Assembly: GCA_044347615.1 (NCBI GenBank) | Contig: JBIKUK010000002.1 | Coordinates: 128,309 to 192,308, forward strand | Source of the DNA: Bdellovibrionota bacterium | GTDB taxonomy: Bacteria; Bdellovibrionota; UBA2428 | Reading direction: 5' to 3' | Length of the DNA: 64,000 nucleotides | Part shown: positions 18,642 through 28,319 of the stretch, piece by piece | Layout of the letters: every line of letters begins with the position of its first letter | Numbering within the stretch: position 1 is the stretch's first letter | Notes under the pieces: generated by a model | What the model saw: the letters and a program-made list of their open reading frames with translations, nothing else | What the model was told of the DNA's origin: nothing | The model's database searches: none | Position numbers and translations under genes: made by a program

Positions 18642-20590
18642 AGAAAATATTTTTACAGACATTAACATTTTTTTTTATTTCTCAAGCAAAAAGCGTAGAG
18701 GTGAATTCTAAAAAAATTGAAGCTCTTCTTAAATCACTAACGCTTGAGGAAAAGCTAACTCTTCTTGCGGGTGATGGCGCATTCAATCGACCAGGTATTA
18801 AAAGATTAGGAATTCCCCCTCTGACAATGACAGATGGACCTATGGGTGTTGCCAACGCGACAGTAGAAGTGGGACCTTTGGCAACGGCTTTCCCGGCACC
18901 TATCGGAATGGCGGCTACGTGGAATCCAGATCTTGTTCGCGAAGTGACAAAAGCGATTGGTAGAGAAGCGCGATCTATTGGTCGAAATATGCTGCTTGCT
19001 CCTTGTGTAAACATCCAACGAGCTCCCCACGGTGGACGCAATTTTGAAAGCTTTAGTGAGGATCCCTATCTTGCGGCAGAAATGACGAAAGCCTATGTGC
19101 AGGGAGTTCAGTCAGAGGGAGTCATGGCAACGGTCAAGCATTTTGCGCTCAACAACCAAGAGGTCGATCGTTTGGTGGTTAATGTCGTCATTGATCCTAA
19201 AGTTGCTGATGAGATTTATTTTCCAGCGTTTAAGGCTGCTGTTGATGTAGGCGTGGGGGCTTTTATGAGTTCTTATAGCCAAGTTAATGGAACTTATGCG
19301 TCCGAAAACTTTTATCTTTTAAAGGAAACTCTTGATAAGTGGAACTTCAAGGGAATTGTGATTTCAGATTGGGGTGCTACTTATAAAAGTCATACAGCTC
19401 AAGCCTTTAATGCAGGGTTAAATGTTGAAATGCCGTGGCCTTTTATTTTTACACCTGAACTTTTAAAAAAAGAATTAGAAGCTAAAACAATTTCTGAAGT
19501 AGATCTGGATATCAAAATAAAAAGACAACTTGAGCAAATGGATCGATTGGGTTTGTTGGATAAAAATTATCCTGAAAGAGCGAACGTTCCTCAAGATGTT
19601 GCTTTCGCAAATAGAAAAATTGCCTATCAAGCGGCCGTTGAATCTGCAGTTCTTTTAAAAAACGAAGAAAATATACTCCCTTTGTCTAAGAGTCTTTCTT
19701 CACTTGTTGTGATGGGGCCAAATTATAAGGTCATGCCTCATAGTGGAGCCGGAAGTGCAAAAGTTAATCCATGGATGCTCACAAATGTATCGCAAGGCTT
19801 AAGTGAGTTGCTTCCATCGAGTGTAAAAGTTGATTATTTATCTTCTTACGAAAGTGTCGACGAGGAGCAAATCATTCAAAAAGCATCCGCTGTTTTATTG
19901 TATCTTGGGTTCAATGATTTACTTGAGGGTGAGGGAAAGGATCGAGAAAGTCTTTCACTGCCAAAAGAGCAAATAAATCTTATTGATGTAGTTAGTAAGT
20001 TAAATAAAAACGTGATTGTTCTCGTCAATGTTGGAGGAATGTTGACCGTTGAGCCATGGATTTCAAAAGTGAAGGGATTGATGCAACTTTGGTATCCAGG
20101 CCAAGAAGGGGCTCTTGCGAGTGTGAATCTTTTGTTTGGCAAAGAAAATCCTTCAGGAAAATTACCTATAAGTTTTTTAAAGGATGAGAAAGATTCCTGG
20201 GCTTATGCAAACTACCCAGGAGATGGGAAAGATGTTCGTTATGATGAGGGAATTTTTGTAGGATATCGATATTTGGATAAAAAAGGTATTCAGCCCAGTT
20301 ATCCTTTTGGTTATGGACTTTCGTATTCAAAGTTTGAAACGAAATTAATTAAACAAAATCGTTTAAAAAATGAGCTTGCTCTTGATGTAGAAGTAAAAAA
20401 TCTTTCCTCTCGTGCGGGAGCCCAGGTTGTTCAGGCATACGTTATATCTGAAGAAGTGGGTAGGCCGCCTCGTGAGTTGAAAGCTTTTCAAAAGATATTT
20501 TTAAAAGATGGTCAAACAAAACGTGTTCGCATTTCTCTGCCCATGAAAGAGGCTTCGCGATTAGCGAATACAAGAATACAGTTAATGTAA
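18638..20590 (+). CDS. Glycoside hydrolase family 3, beta-glucosidase- or beta-hexosaminidase-like
   Basis: KRLGIPPLTMTDGPMGV and the GIVISDWGA catalytic-Asp motif are GH3 hallmarks. It has a signal peptide. Its ATGA overlaps the upstream GH gene. Confidence 0.85.
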   Translation: MKKIFLQTLTFFFISQAKSVEVNSKKIEALLKSLTLEEKLTLLAGDGAFNRPGIKRLGIPPLTMTDGPMGVANATVEVGPLATAFPAPIGMAATWNPDLVREVTKAIGREARSIGRNMLLAPCVNIQRAPHGGRNFESFSEDPYLAAEMTKAYVQGVQSEGVMATVKHFALNNQEVDRLVVNVVIDPKVADEIYFPAFKAAVDVGVGAFMSSYSQVNGTYASENFYLLKETLDKWNFKGIVISDWGATYKSHTAQAFNAGLNVEMPWPFIFTPELLKKELEAKTISEVDLDIKIKRQLEQMDRLGLLDKNYPERANVPQDVAFANRKIAYQAAVESAVLLKNEENILPLSKSLSSLVVMGPNYKVMPHSGAGSAKVNPWMLTNVSQGLSELLPSSVKVDYLSSYESVDEEQIIQKASAVLLYLGFNDLLEGEGKDRESLSLPKEQINLIDVVSKLNKNVIVLVNVGGMLTVEPWISKVKGLMQLWYPGQEGALASVNLLFGKENPSGKLPISFLKDEKDSWAYANYPGDGKDVRYDEGIFVGYRYLDKKGIQPSYPFGYGLSYSKFETKLIKQNRLKNELALDVEVKNLSSRAGAQVVQAYVISEEVGRPPRELKAFQKIFLKDGQTKRVRISLPMKEASRLANTRIQLM

Positions 20591-20613
20591 AACCTCTTGC
20601 GCTTGATTGATAC

Positions 20614-21453
20614 TTGTTGGGTCTCCTCATAGAATTTATTTTATCTATGAAGAAGTTTCTTTTGTCTTTTAAAAGTCATAAAAAGCAGTTTTTCATAGGC
20701 GTTTTCTTTTTTATTTTCACCATTTTTTTTGGGTTGAGATTTTTTTCTCGTAATTCTATTCCCTCTTTTGTTGAGCGAGTTCAGCGAGGAAATCTTATTG
20801 AAAGTGTTTATGGAATTGGAACGGTTGTTTCTAATAAAACCTTTCAGTTTAAAGTGGGTGTTCCAACAACTATACGAAGTGTTTATGTGAAAGAAGGCGA
20901 TTACGTTAAAGCTGGTCAAAAAATTGTAGAGCTTGAAGGAGTGTATTCAAGCGCACCCTATGCGGGTGTTGTTATTTTTTTACCCGTAAAAGTGGGCGAA
21001 ACAGTTTTTGCTCAATCGATAGTTTATGTCTTATCTGACTTAGCCGATCGATATGTCACTGTTTCTCTCGAGCAAAGAGGAGCGCTAAAAGTACGTCAGG
21101 GACAAAACGCAAAAATTAGCTTTGAAAGCCTTAGGGAAAAAACTTTTCATGGTGTTGTGGAGTCTGTTTATTCTTATGAAAGTAATTTCTTGGTTCGCAT
21201 AGGGGTGAGTGAACTGCCCACTCAGATTTTGCCAGGAATGACGGCGGATGTTGCTATTGGTATCAAAGAGCACAAAGACAAGTTAGTTGTTCCAGTGGGA
21301 GCCTTAACTGAGGGCTCTTTGAGTGTAAAGAGAGGGGGGCGAAAGATGAGCGTTAGCGTTAAGACGGGAATTGTTGAGGGTGCTTATGCGGAAATTAGCT
21401 CAGGAGATGTGAGAGAAGGCGATGAATTAATTCTTCCTTCGAAGAGCAAATGA
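20614..21453 (+). CDS. Periplasmic adaptor subunit of HlyD/MacA-like membrane-fusion protein type
   Basis: It has an N-terminal membrane anchor. The biotin-lipoyl-like hairpin ...VYVKEGDYVKAGQKIVELEG... is present. It overlaps the downstream permease gene by 4 nt. The start is more likely the Met at 20647. Confidence 0.7.
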   Translation: MLGLLIEFILSMKKFLLSFKSHKKQFFIGVFFFIFTIFFGLRFFSRNSIPSFVERVQRGNLIESVYGIGTVVSNKTFQFKVGVPTTIRSVYVKEGDYVKAGQKIVELEGVYSSAPYAGVVIFLPVKVGETVFAQSIVYVLSDLADRYVTVSLEQRGALKVRQGQNAKISFESLREKTFHGVVESVYSYESNFLVRIGVSELPTQILPGMTADVAIGIKEHKDKLVVPVGALTEGSLSVKRGGRKMSVSVKTGIVEGAYAEISSGDVREGDELILPSKSK

Positions 21454-22697
21454 TTTTTTTAGGTCTTAAATATTTACTCTCAAGAAGAAAACAAACATTT
21501 CTCATGCTTTTGGGGATTTTTTTTGGCTCCGCTGCTTATGTTTCAATTTCAGGTTTTATGCTGGGATTTCGTGAGTATTTGATTGATCAGCTTGTAAATA
21601 ACAATCCACATATTCATATCCAGTCGAGAGAGGACTTTTTAACGGAACATTCTTTAGATGAAGTTTTTTATGAAAAAAATTATTCTTTCGTTTTTTGGGA
21701 TCCTCCACCCTCTGGACGTAAAGATTCTGCGATTATTGAGAATCCTCAAAGTTGGTTTGAAAGACTTCGTGCTGATTCACGAGTGATTGCCTATTCTCCA
21801 ATCTTAACAGCAGCTGTAATTTTTTCGAATGGGAAAGCAACCGTTCCTGCTAGTGTTATTGGTTGTGATCCTCTTCAGCAAATAAAAGTTACGAATATCG
21901 GAAATTATGTTGTGGAGGGAAGTTTTACGAATTTGGCTTCTGGTGGCAATCGCTTGATTATTGGAGAGGAACTCAAAAAGAGGTTGGGAGTTCGTGTTGA
22001 GCAAAACGTACTTCTTTCACTTGCTAAAAGCGCACCAACTCCGTTTAAGATTGTAGGGATTTATAAAACAGGAAACAAGTTAAGTGATTCCTTAGCTTAT
22101 GGATCTCTTGGGGATATCCAAAAAGTTAATCAAACCTTAAATCAAATCAATCAAATTTCGGTAAGAGTTGAGGATTATTCACGAGCCGCCACCATTGCTA
22201 ATTCATGGTCGCTTCTTTCTCCAGAAAAAGTTCAAAGTTGGGATCAAATAAATGAAAGTATCTTTAATGTTTTTCGAATTCAGGATGTTGTTAGATTTTT
22301 ATCGATTGGAGCCATTATGATCGTCGCGGCTTTTGGAATTTATAATGTTTTAAATATGACTGTTATGCAAAAAAGAAGAGATGTCGCGATTCTTCGATCG
22401 ATGGGATATAGCACGGGTGAAATTGTTTCTCTTTTTTTTACTCAAGGACTTATGCTTGGAATAACTGGAACTCTGAGTGGCCTCACCTTTGGGTATTTTT
22501 TGTGTCTTTATCTTAAGACGTTACCATTTAGGGGGCCTATGGGTGGCCCTGGGCACATGATGGTTTCTATGGACCCACAGATTTATATGTATGCAGCAAT
22601 ATTGGCTCTTTGTTCTGCGTGCATTGCGAGTATTTTGCCGGCCTATAGTGCGGGACGACTAGAGCCTATTGAGATTATTCGCACAGGAGCAGAGTGA
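21450..22697 (+). CDS. ABC transporter permease with FtsX-like fold (MacB/LolC-like)
   Basis: It has an N-terminal transmembrane helix, a large periplasmic domain, and then three C-terminal transmembrane helices (...GLMLGITGTLSGLTFGYFLCLYL...). Confidence 0.8.
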   Translation: MIFLGLKYLLSRRKQTFLMLLGIFFGSAAYVSISGFMLGFREYLIDQLVNNNPHIHIQSREDFLTEHSLDEVFYEKNYSFVFWDPPPSGRKDSAIIENPQSWFERLRADSRVIAYSPILTAAVIFSNGKATVPASVIGCDPLQQIKVTNIGNYVVEGSFTNLASGGNRLIIGEELKKRLGVRVEQNVLLSLAKSAPTPFKIVGIYKTGNKLSDSLAYGSLGDIQKVNQTLNQINQISVRVEDYSRAATIANSWSLLSPEKVQSWDQINESIFNVFRIQDVVRFLSIGAIMIVAAFGIYNVLNMTVMQKRRDVAILRSMGYSTGEIVSLFFTQGLMLGITGTLSGLTFGYFLCLYLKTLPFRGPMGGPGHMMVSMDPQIYMYAAILALCSACIASILPAYSAGRLEPIEIIRTGAE

Positions 22698-23353
22698 TGA
22701 GTATTGTTGCTCAAAATCTTGGAAAAAAAATTGGAACACCTGCAAATCAAATTTTAGCTAATATAAATACTAAAATTAACGAAGGTGAGTTTGTGGCCCT
22801 AACGGGCAGATCGGGTTCCGGAAAAAGTACCCTTCTTTACTTATTGAGCAGTTTAGACACTACCTATGAAGGAGGCGTGGCTATTGATGGTCATGAGGTA
22901 AAGTCGCTTTCTGCAAATCATTTAAATAAGTTTCGAAATGAAAAGATGGGGTTTGTATTTCAATTTCACTATCTGATTGCAGAACTTACGGCTCTGGAAA
23001 ACATGCTTTTAGCTGCAAGAAAATTTCACCGTGAAAAAGAACGAAAATCTTACGCTTTGGAACTATTAAACAGATTTGGGCTAAGTGGAAAAGAAAATCG
23101 GCTCCCTCGAGAGCTCTCAGGTGGAGAACAGCAAAGGGTGGCTATTGCTCGAGCCCTTGTGATGCAGCCACGATATTTGTTTGCTGATGAGCCGACGGGA
23201 TCTTTAGATACGGTAAACGGAGAGATTGTGATGAATATTCTTCAAGAAACTAATAAAAAAGATAAAACAACCGTCTTAATGGTGACTCATGATGCCGAGT
23301 TTGCAAGTCGAGCAGATCGAAAGATTCATTTAACTGATGGAAAAATCCTTTGA
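22694..23353 (+). CDS. ABC transporter ATP-binding protein (MacB/LolD-like)
   Basis: It carries Walker A GRSGSGKSTLL, the signature LSGGEQQRVAIARAL, and Walker B LFADEPTGSLD. Confidence 0.9.
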   Translation: MMSIVAQNLGKKIGTPANQILANINTKINEGEFVALTGRSGSGKSTLLYLLSSLDTTYEGGVAIDGHEVKSLSANHLNKFRNEKMGFVFQFHYLIAELTALENMLLAARKFHREKERKSYALELLNRFGLSGKENRLPRELSGGEQQRVAIARALVMQPRYLFADEPTGSLDTVNGEIVMNILQETNKKDKTTVLMVTHDAEFASRADRKIHLTDGKIL

Positions 23354-23363
23354 TTTTTATGTT

Positions 23364-24098
23364 TTAAGTTTTAAATTCAGCCATCAATGCCACGTGATCC
23401 GAGAGTTTATTCCAAGCTTCGTCGTTAACAGTCCAAGAGTCTTTAAGTTCTAAGTTTCTAAAATAAATTCGGTCTAATTTTAGCAAAGGAAAAAAACAAG
23501 GAAATGTTCGTGCATGTTTTTGAGTTTTTTCAAAGTGAGCTTCCTTAAGGGATTGTTTTTTTTTTAAGTAAGGTGATATTTTTTCTCCCCAATCATTAAA
23601 ATCGCCACCTAAGATGAGTGCCTCGGTGGCGATATTAAGTTTTCTAATATATCGATTAATCATTCGAATTTGAATCATTCGAGAATTCTCTATCAAGTTT
23701 AGATGAGCAGACATGAGGTGAATTTTTTTGTTGTGAGGTCCGTCGATTGTCGCATGAAGAAGTCCTCTGTTTTCAAAGCAATTTGTGGAGATATCTAAGT
23801 TGTTCCATTTTGTAATTGGGTAGCGGCTGAGTATGGCGTTTCCGTGGTGACCTTCAGCATAAACAGCATTTTTTCCATATGCATAATGCGTCCAAATCTC
23901 ATCAGCTAAAAATTCAAACTGTGATTCGAGTGGATAGTTTGAGTATTTTTTTGAGTGTTTGGAATGAAAGCCCGAAACTTCTTGGAGGCAAATGAGGTCG
24001 GGTCTCAGGTGGCGAATTCCTTCGCGCATTTTTTCTAAAACAAAACGTCTGTTTCCAAAGGTAAATCCTTTATGGATGTTGTAAGTGAGGATTTTCAT
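23364..24098 (-). CDS. Endonuclease/exonuclease/phosphatase (EEP) family hydrolase
   Basis: MKILTYNIHKGF...LRPDLICLQEV... matches the EEP N-terminal motif. The C-terminal SDH is typical. Confidence 0.8.
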   Translation of the reverse strand: MKILTYNIHKGFTFGNRRFVLEKMREGIRHLRPDLICLQEVSGFHSKHSKKYSNYPLESQFEFLADEIWTHYAYGKNAVYAEGHHGNAILSRYPITKWNNLDISTNCFENRGLLHATIDGPHNKKIHLMSAHLNLIENSRMIQIRMINRYIRKLNIATEALILGGDFNDWGEKISPYLKKKQSLKEAHFEKTQKHARTFPCFFPLLKLDRIYFRNLELKDSWTVNDEAWNKLSDHVALMAEFKT

Positions 24099-24106
24099 CT
24101 GATGAA

Positions 24107-25504
24107 TCAGAGAAGTGGTGAGAGAATTCTTCCAATCCCCTCAAAAAGTAAAGTAAAGTATGGTTTTTCGGCGATTCCTTCATGGCATTCTTTTTTTTGT
24201 TTGTTCCACCATTCACAAAGGGCTTGGATGTCTTTTTCGGAATAAAGAAACAAATTGAGTTCGTAATTATAGAGTAGGCTTCTGATATCCATATTGGCTG
24301 ACCCAATAATAGCTATTTTTTGATCAAGTACTGTTAATTTTGCATGCATCATTTTAGGGAAGAGAAAAATTTTTCCACCTGCATTTTGTATGTGTCTTAA
24401 GTGACTCCCTCGAGCGATGTCTAAAAGGAAGTAATCAGATTTTTCAGGAATAAGGATCTCAATTTCTACTCCTCGATGAAGAGCAAGGGTAAACGCTTTG
24501 CTGAGCGAATCGTCGGGAATGAAGTAGGGTGTTGCAATCAGAATACTTTCTTCGCATCTATATATCGCTGTGATAAGGGCATCGTAGAAGGGATCATTTT
24601 CAACATCAGGGCCACTTGCAACAACTTGAATAAGTGAATTCGAATGTTCTAAGTTTTGAGAGCAGTCCATGTAATGTATTCTGCACAAAAACTTTTATTT
24701 TTTTTGTGAAAAAGACCAGTCAGCTTCAAAGATTGTTCTTAAATCTCCAACACAATTACCTGAAACTTCTAAATTAAGATCGACCCAACGTTTAATATTC
24801 TTTGTTGGACCAAGATAAGTGCTTGAAATATTCATTCCTCCAATGAGGGCAAAGGTCTCGTCAAAGATCATAAGTTTTCTGTGATTTCTTAAGTTTGCTC
24901 TTCCTCTTAAAATTGATTCAAGAACTGGTAGAAAGAATCTTATTTCTATGCCTTCTTCTTTCATTTTCCGAGATAGTATTTTGTGAAAATAAAAAGATCC
25001 TACGCTATCGACAAGAATTCTTATCTTTATTTTGTCTTTTTTAATTTTTTTAATAAGTTCTTTGATGATTTCTTTTCCTACGTCGTCACATTTAAAAATA
25101 AATGTACTTATAGAGATTGAAGTTTTTGCTTGCCTAATGTTTTCACTGATAAGATTAAAAGCTTTTTCTCCATCTTCGATAATCTCTACGGAGTTTCCGC
25201 TTGTTAGGGTAGGTGCTCCTGTCGCTAGAAGAAGGTTTTGGGTCATCTCTGTAATTTTGTTTGATCTTTCTAATTGAATTTTTTTTCTTTCGTATAATTT
25301 AGATTTTTTTTCTGAAATTTTTTTTATTTTACGAGCTCCAAATATCAAATAAATTGGTATGGCAACATAAGGAATAAGTACGATTAAAAAAAGCCAAAGC
25401 AGTGTAATGGTAGGTCCTTGTTCTTTTCTAAGGAGAGATTCGACAAGTATAATTATCGATATAAGAGTGACAATTGAGAGAATATGTTCGGTTATGAAGT
25501 TCAT
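24107..25504 (-). pseudogene. cls: Cardiolipin synthase / phospholipase D-family gene interrupted by one in-frame TAA stop at 24695-24697. The N-terminal half is ORF 24695..25504 with HKD motif 1. The C-terminal half is ORF 24107..24688 with HKD motif 2.
   Basis: The upstream ORF has N-terminal transmembrane helices and HKD-1 (NHRKLMIFDETFALIGGMNIS). The downstream ORF is in the same frame and contains QVVASGPD...IATPYFIPD and HKD-2 (HAKLTVLDQKIAIIGSANMD). The two are separated only by TAA, giving ...SFSQKK*KFLCRIHYMD... The stop lies in the inter-domain linker next to an A8 run. Confidence 0.6.
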
Positions 25505-25522
25505 TTAATTTAAACCTCCAGC

Positions 25523-26731
25523 TTGAGATCTCTTAGATCTTTGATCGACTCGCTTAGAGTATATCTCATGAAACCAGTGTTTGGTCTTGTCCTGACTGGC
25601 GGAGGCGCAAGGGCTGCTTATCAATCAGGAGTTTTGGATGGGATTTCTGAAATTTTGGGAGAATATCATCAAGCGTTACCGTTTAAGGTTTTAACGGGAG
25701 TTTCAGCTGGATCGATTAATGCGGCCTTTCTTGCCTCACATGCACATGACTTTTCGCTAGCCACACAAAAAGCAGCGAATTTATGGATAAGGCTTACTCA
25801 TGATTCCATTATGACTACAGATGCTGCGTCTCTTTCTGTGATGGCGGGCAATTGGATACGTAATTTAAGTTTGGGTGGTTTCTATAAGGGGCCTCGAATC
25901 TCTCATGTGATCGATACGGATCCTCTTTTAAACCTTTTGAAGACTTATATAAATTTTAAGCAAATCAAACATAATTTGGATAGCCAAATATTAACAGCTG
26001 TAGCTTTTACCGCAACAAATTATCAAACGGGGACTGCGGTTACCTTTTATGAGGGGGATTTAAAAATTGAAGATTGGTCACGTAGCTCAAGAATTTCCAA
26101 AAGAACGTCTCTAGGTCTTCATCATATTTTAGCGTCTGCAGCCATTCCTCTTTTATTTAAGCCCGTAAAAATAGATCCTTTTTATTTTGGAGATGGAAGT
26201 ATTCGTCTTTTAACGCCCTTAAGTCCCGCAATTCATTTGGGCGCAGATAAAATTTTAGCCATAGGGATTCGAAAAATTAAATCGAGTGCCTATACTCAGA
26301 AGCTCAATTTAGATAAAGAAAGCGGGGAGATTACAATCGCCGATATTGCAGGAGAACTTTTGAATGCGATTTTTATGGACACTCTTGAGGCTGACATCGA
26401 AAGAGTGAAGCGTATCAATAATTCGATTGCGATGAGCGCTGATTGTAAAAAAGTTGATGTGGAGGAACCGTCGTTGAGACCAATTGATTTGCTCGTGATC
26501 GAGCCTTCCCAGGATCTCTCTGAGCTAGCAGCTCAATATTATCCCAAGCTTCCATTTATGTTTCGGCATCTCTTAAGAGGTATTGGCGCCTCTCAAGAAA
26601 GAGGACAGGATCTTTTAAGTTACTTAGCTTTCGATACCTCTTATACTAAGCCTCTTGTTGAACTTGGACGTAAAGACGCTTATTCGCATAAAGATGAAAT
26701 CGAAAATTTTTTTATTCAAAGGACTTCTTAA
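25523..26731 (+). CDS. Patatin-like phospholipase
   Basis: GLVLTGGGARAAYQSGVLDGI is the oxyanion Gly-rich loop. GVSAGSINAA is the GxSxG motif. FGDGSI is the catalytic dyad Asp. Confidence 0.85.
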   Translation: MRSLRSLIDSLRVYLMKPVFGLVLTGGGARAAYQSGVLDGISEILGEYHQALPFKVLTGVSAGSINAAFLASHAHDFSLATQKAANLWIRLTHDSIMTTDAASLSVMAGNWIRNLSLGGFYKGPRISHVIDTDPLLNLLKTYINFKQIKHNLDSQILTAVAFTATNYQTGTAVTFYEGDLKIEDWSRSSRISKRTSLGLHHILASAAIPLLFKPVKIDPFYFGDGSIRLLTPLSPAIHLGADKILAIGIRKIKSSAYTQKLNLDKESGEITIADIAGELLNAIFMDTLEADIERVKRINNSIAMSADCKKVDVEEPSLRPIDLLVIEPSQDLSELAAQYYPKLPFMFRHLLRGIGASQERGQDLLSYLAFDTSYTKPLVELGRKDAYSHKDEIENFFIQRTS

Positions 26732-26809
26732 TGGGTTGCGCCTTTTCTTTATGAGCTAATTCTCCATGAGGTAATTCTCCTCAAGCTATTTATGCAGTAG
26801 CATAGGGCT

Positions 26810-27937
26810 ATGGCCATGTTTGATACCCGTTTGAAACATGAGTTGGGTAGTGAGGATGTAAAGCGAGTTGATTGGACGCTTTTTTTTACAATTATTTTAA
26901 TTTCTCTCTTAGGAATTATAAATCTCTATTCAATTTCTCTTGATTCCAATATTCCTCAGGGACTTGTCACAAAGCAATTGGTTTTTTTGGGAGTGGGTTT
27001 TTTATTTATCGCTGTTTCGCTTCTTTTTGATTACCGAATTCTTGAGCATTTTGCCTATATCATTTACGGGATAAATCTTTTGTTGATTTTGGGAACCAGG
27101 TACTTTGGGATGCTTCGAAATGGACATCGTCTTTGGTATAATTTGGGCGTTATTGCTTATCAACCCGCTGAGACAATGAAGCTGGCCATGATCCTCACGT
27201 TGGCAAAATATTTTCATGGCCGCGAATACGTGGAAAGTCTTGGGTGGAGAGATTTGAAGGGTCCTTTGTTGATTGTGGGTCTAGCGGCAGGGGCAACTTT
27301 TTCTCAGCCAGATACGGGCACGGGAATGCACATTCTTTTGATTGGATTTACGACGATTTTATTTTTTGGTGTACGAAGAAATATTATTTTATCAGCTTTG
27401 ATGTTTGTCGCGCTTGCTTTTCCGCTTGGTTGGAAATTTGTTTTTAAGGAATATCAAAAAGATCGCGTTCGAGTGATGTTTGATCCGATGTCTGATCCGC
27501 GTGGTAGAGGTTATAACTCTTTGCAGGCAATGATTGCTGTGGGGTCAGGTCAATTTTCAGGTAAGGGCTTTAAGCAGGGTACTCAGACACAGTTGGGTTT
27601 TACTCCTGAAGGATATACGGATTTTATTTTTACTGTTGTTGCTGAGGAGTGGGGCTGGTTGGGGTGTGTATTTGTGTTGGGGCTTTATTGCTTGCTAGTT
27701 TACAGGTGCATATGGGCCGCTGCTCACTCGAGGGAAAAGTTTGGATCCCTCGTTGCGGTCGGTGTGGCCGCGCTGATTGCTTATCAGGTGCTTATTAATG
27801 TTTCGATGGTTATTGGGCTCTTTCCGATAGTTGGAATTCCCCTGCCGCTGGCAAGTTATGGCGGATCATCTGTGATCACAGTCTGCATTGCTCTTGGGCT
27901 TGCGCTAAATATCGGTTACCGACGGATTATGTTTTGA
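26810..27937 (+). CDS. SEDS-family peptidoglycan glycosyltransferase (RodA/FtsW). The size and termini favour RodA.
   Basis: This 375-aa protein has 10 transmembrane helices. The C-terminal GIPLPLASYGGSS matches the conserved SEDS motif. Confidence 0.85.
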   Translation: MAMFDTRLKHELGSEDVKRVDWTLFFTIILISLLGIINLYSISLDSNIPQGLVTKQLVFLGVGFLFIAVSLLFDYRILEHFAYIIYGINLLLILGTRYFGMLRNGHRLWYNLGVIAYQPAETMKLAMILTLAKYFHGREYVESLGWRDLKGPLLIVGLAAGATFSQPDTGTGMHILLIGFTTILFFGVRRNIILSALMFVALAFPLGWKFVFKEYQKDRVRVMFDPMSDPRGRGYNSLQAMIAVGSGQFSGKGFKQGTQTQLGFTPEGYTDFIFTVVAEEWGWLGCVFVLGLYCLLVYRCIWAAAHSREKFGSLVAVGVAALIAYQVLINVSMVIGLFPIVGIPLPLASYGGSSVITVCIALGLALNIGYRRIMF

Positions 27938-27953
27938 TTAACTTTAAAAAAAA

Positions 27954-28029
27954 TGGAGCGGGAAACGGGACTCAAACCCGCGACCTTCGCCTTGGCAAGG
28001 CGACGCTCTATCAACTGAGCTATTCCCGC
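27954..28029 (-). tRNA. tRNA-Gly (anticodon GCC)
   Basis: The minus strand reads GCGGGAATAGCTCAGTTGATAGAGCGTCGCCTTGCCAAGGCGAAGGTCGCGGGTTTGAGTCCCGTTTCCCGCTCCA. The 7-bp acceptor stem is GCGGGAA/TTCCCGC. D-arm and T-arm consensus are present. The anticodon loop is CTTGCCAAG. CCA is encoded and is followed by a T8 run. Confidence 0.9.
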
Positions 28030-28148
28030 GCGGAGACCTTTATAACTAATCAATATGAGGCACCATATCAAGCTCTTCGTAGCCTCTTTTGCCTATAATT
28101 TGCTTATAAATGGTTTTAAGGCTGCTGACGCTTAGCGTTCTTTCACGG

Positions 28149-28194
28149 TTATCCACATTTTTCTTACTTGGAAGCGTTGACGATATGTGGATAA
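28149..28194. promoter_or_regulatory. Inverted pair of perfect consensus DnaA boxes (TTATCCACA), 26 nt apart, forming a 10-bp palindrome
   Basis: ttatccacat lies at 28149-28158 and atgtggataa lies at 28185-28194. Both match the TTATNCACA DnaA-box consensus exactly. Confidence 0.35.
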
Positions 28195-28256
28195 GTCCAT
28201 ATTCTATAGCTATCAAAAGCTTAGCCTCGGATTAGATTCGATTCTAAGTCTTAAAA

Positions 28257-28305
28257 CCTCGATGTAGAAATCTTGCCCTCCCCATCTACATCGAGGTTTT
28301 TTTTT
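28257..28305 (+). terminator. Rho-independent terminator-like hairpin followed by T9
   Basis: The hairpin is cctcgatgtaga (16-nt loop) tctacatcgagg, followed by ttttttttt. No plus-strand CDS lies upstream in the 28030-28256 interval. Confidence 0.6.
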
Positions 28306-28319
28306 GCCAAAATCAAAGC

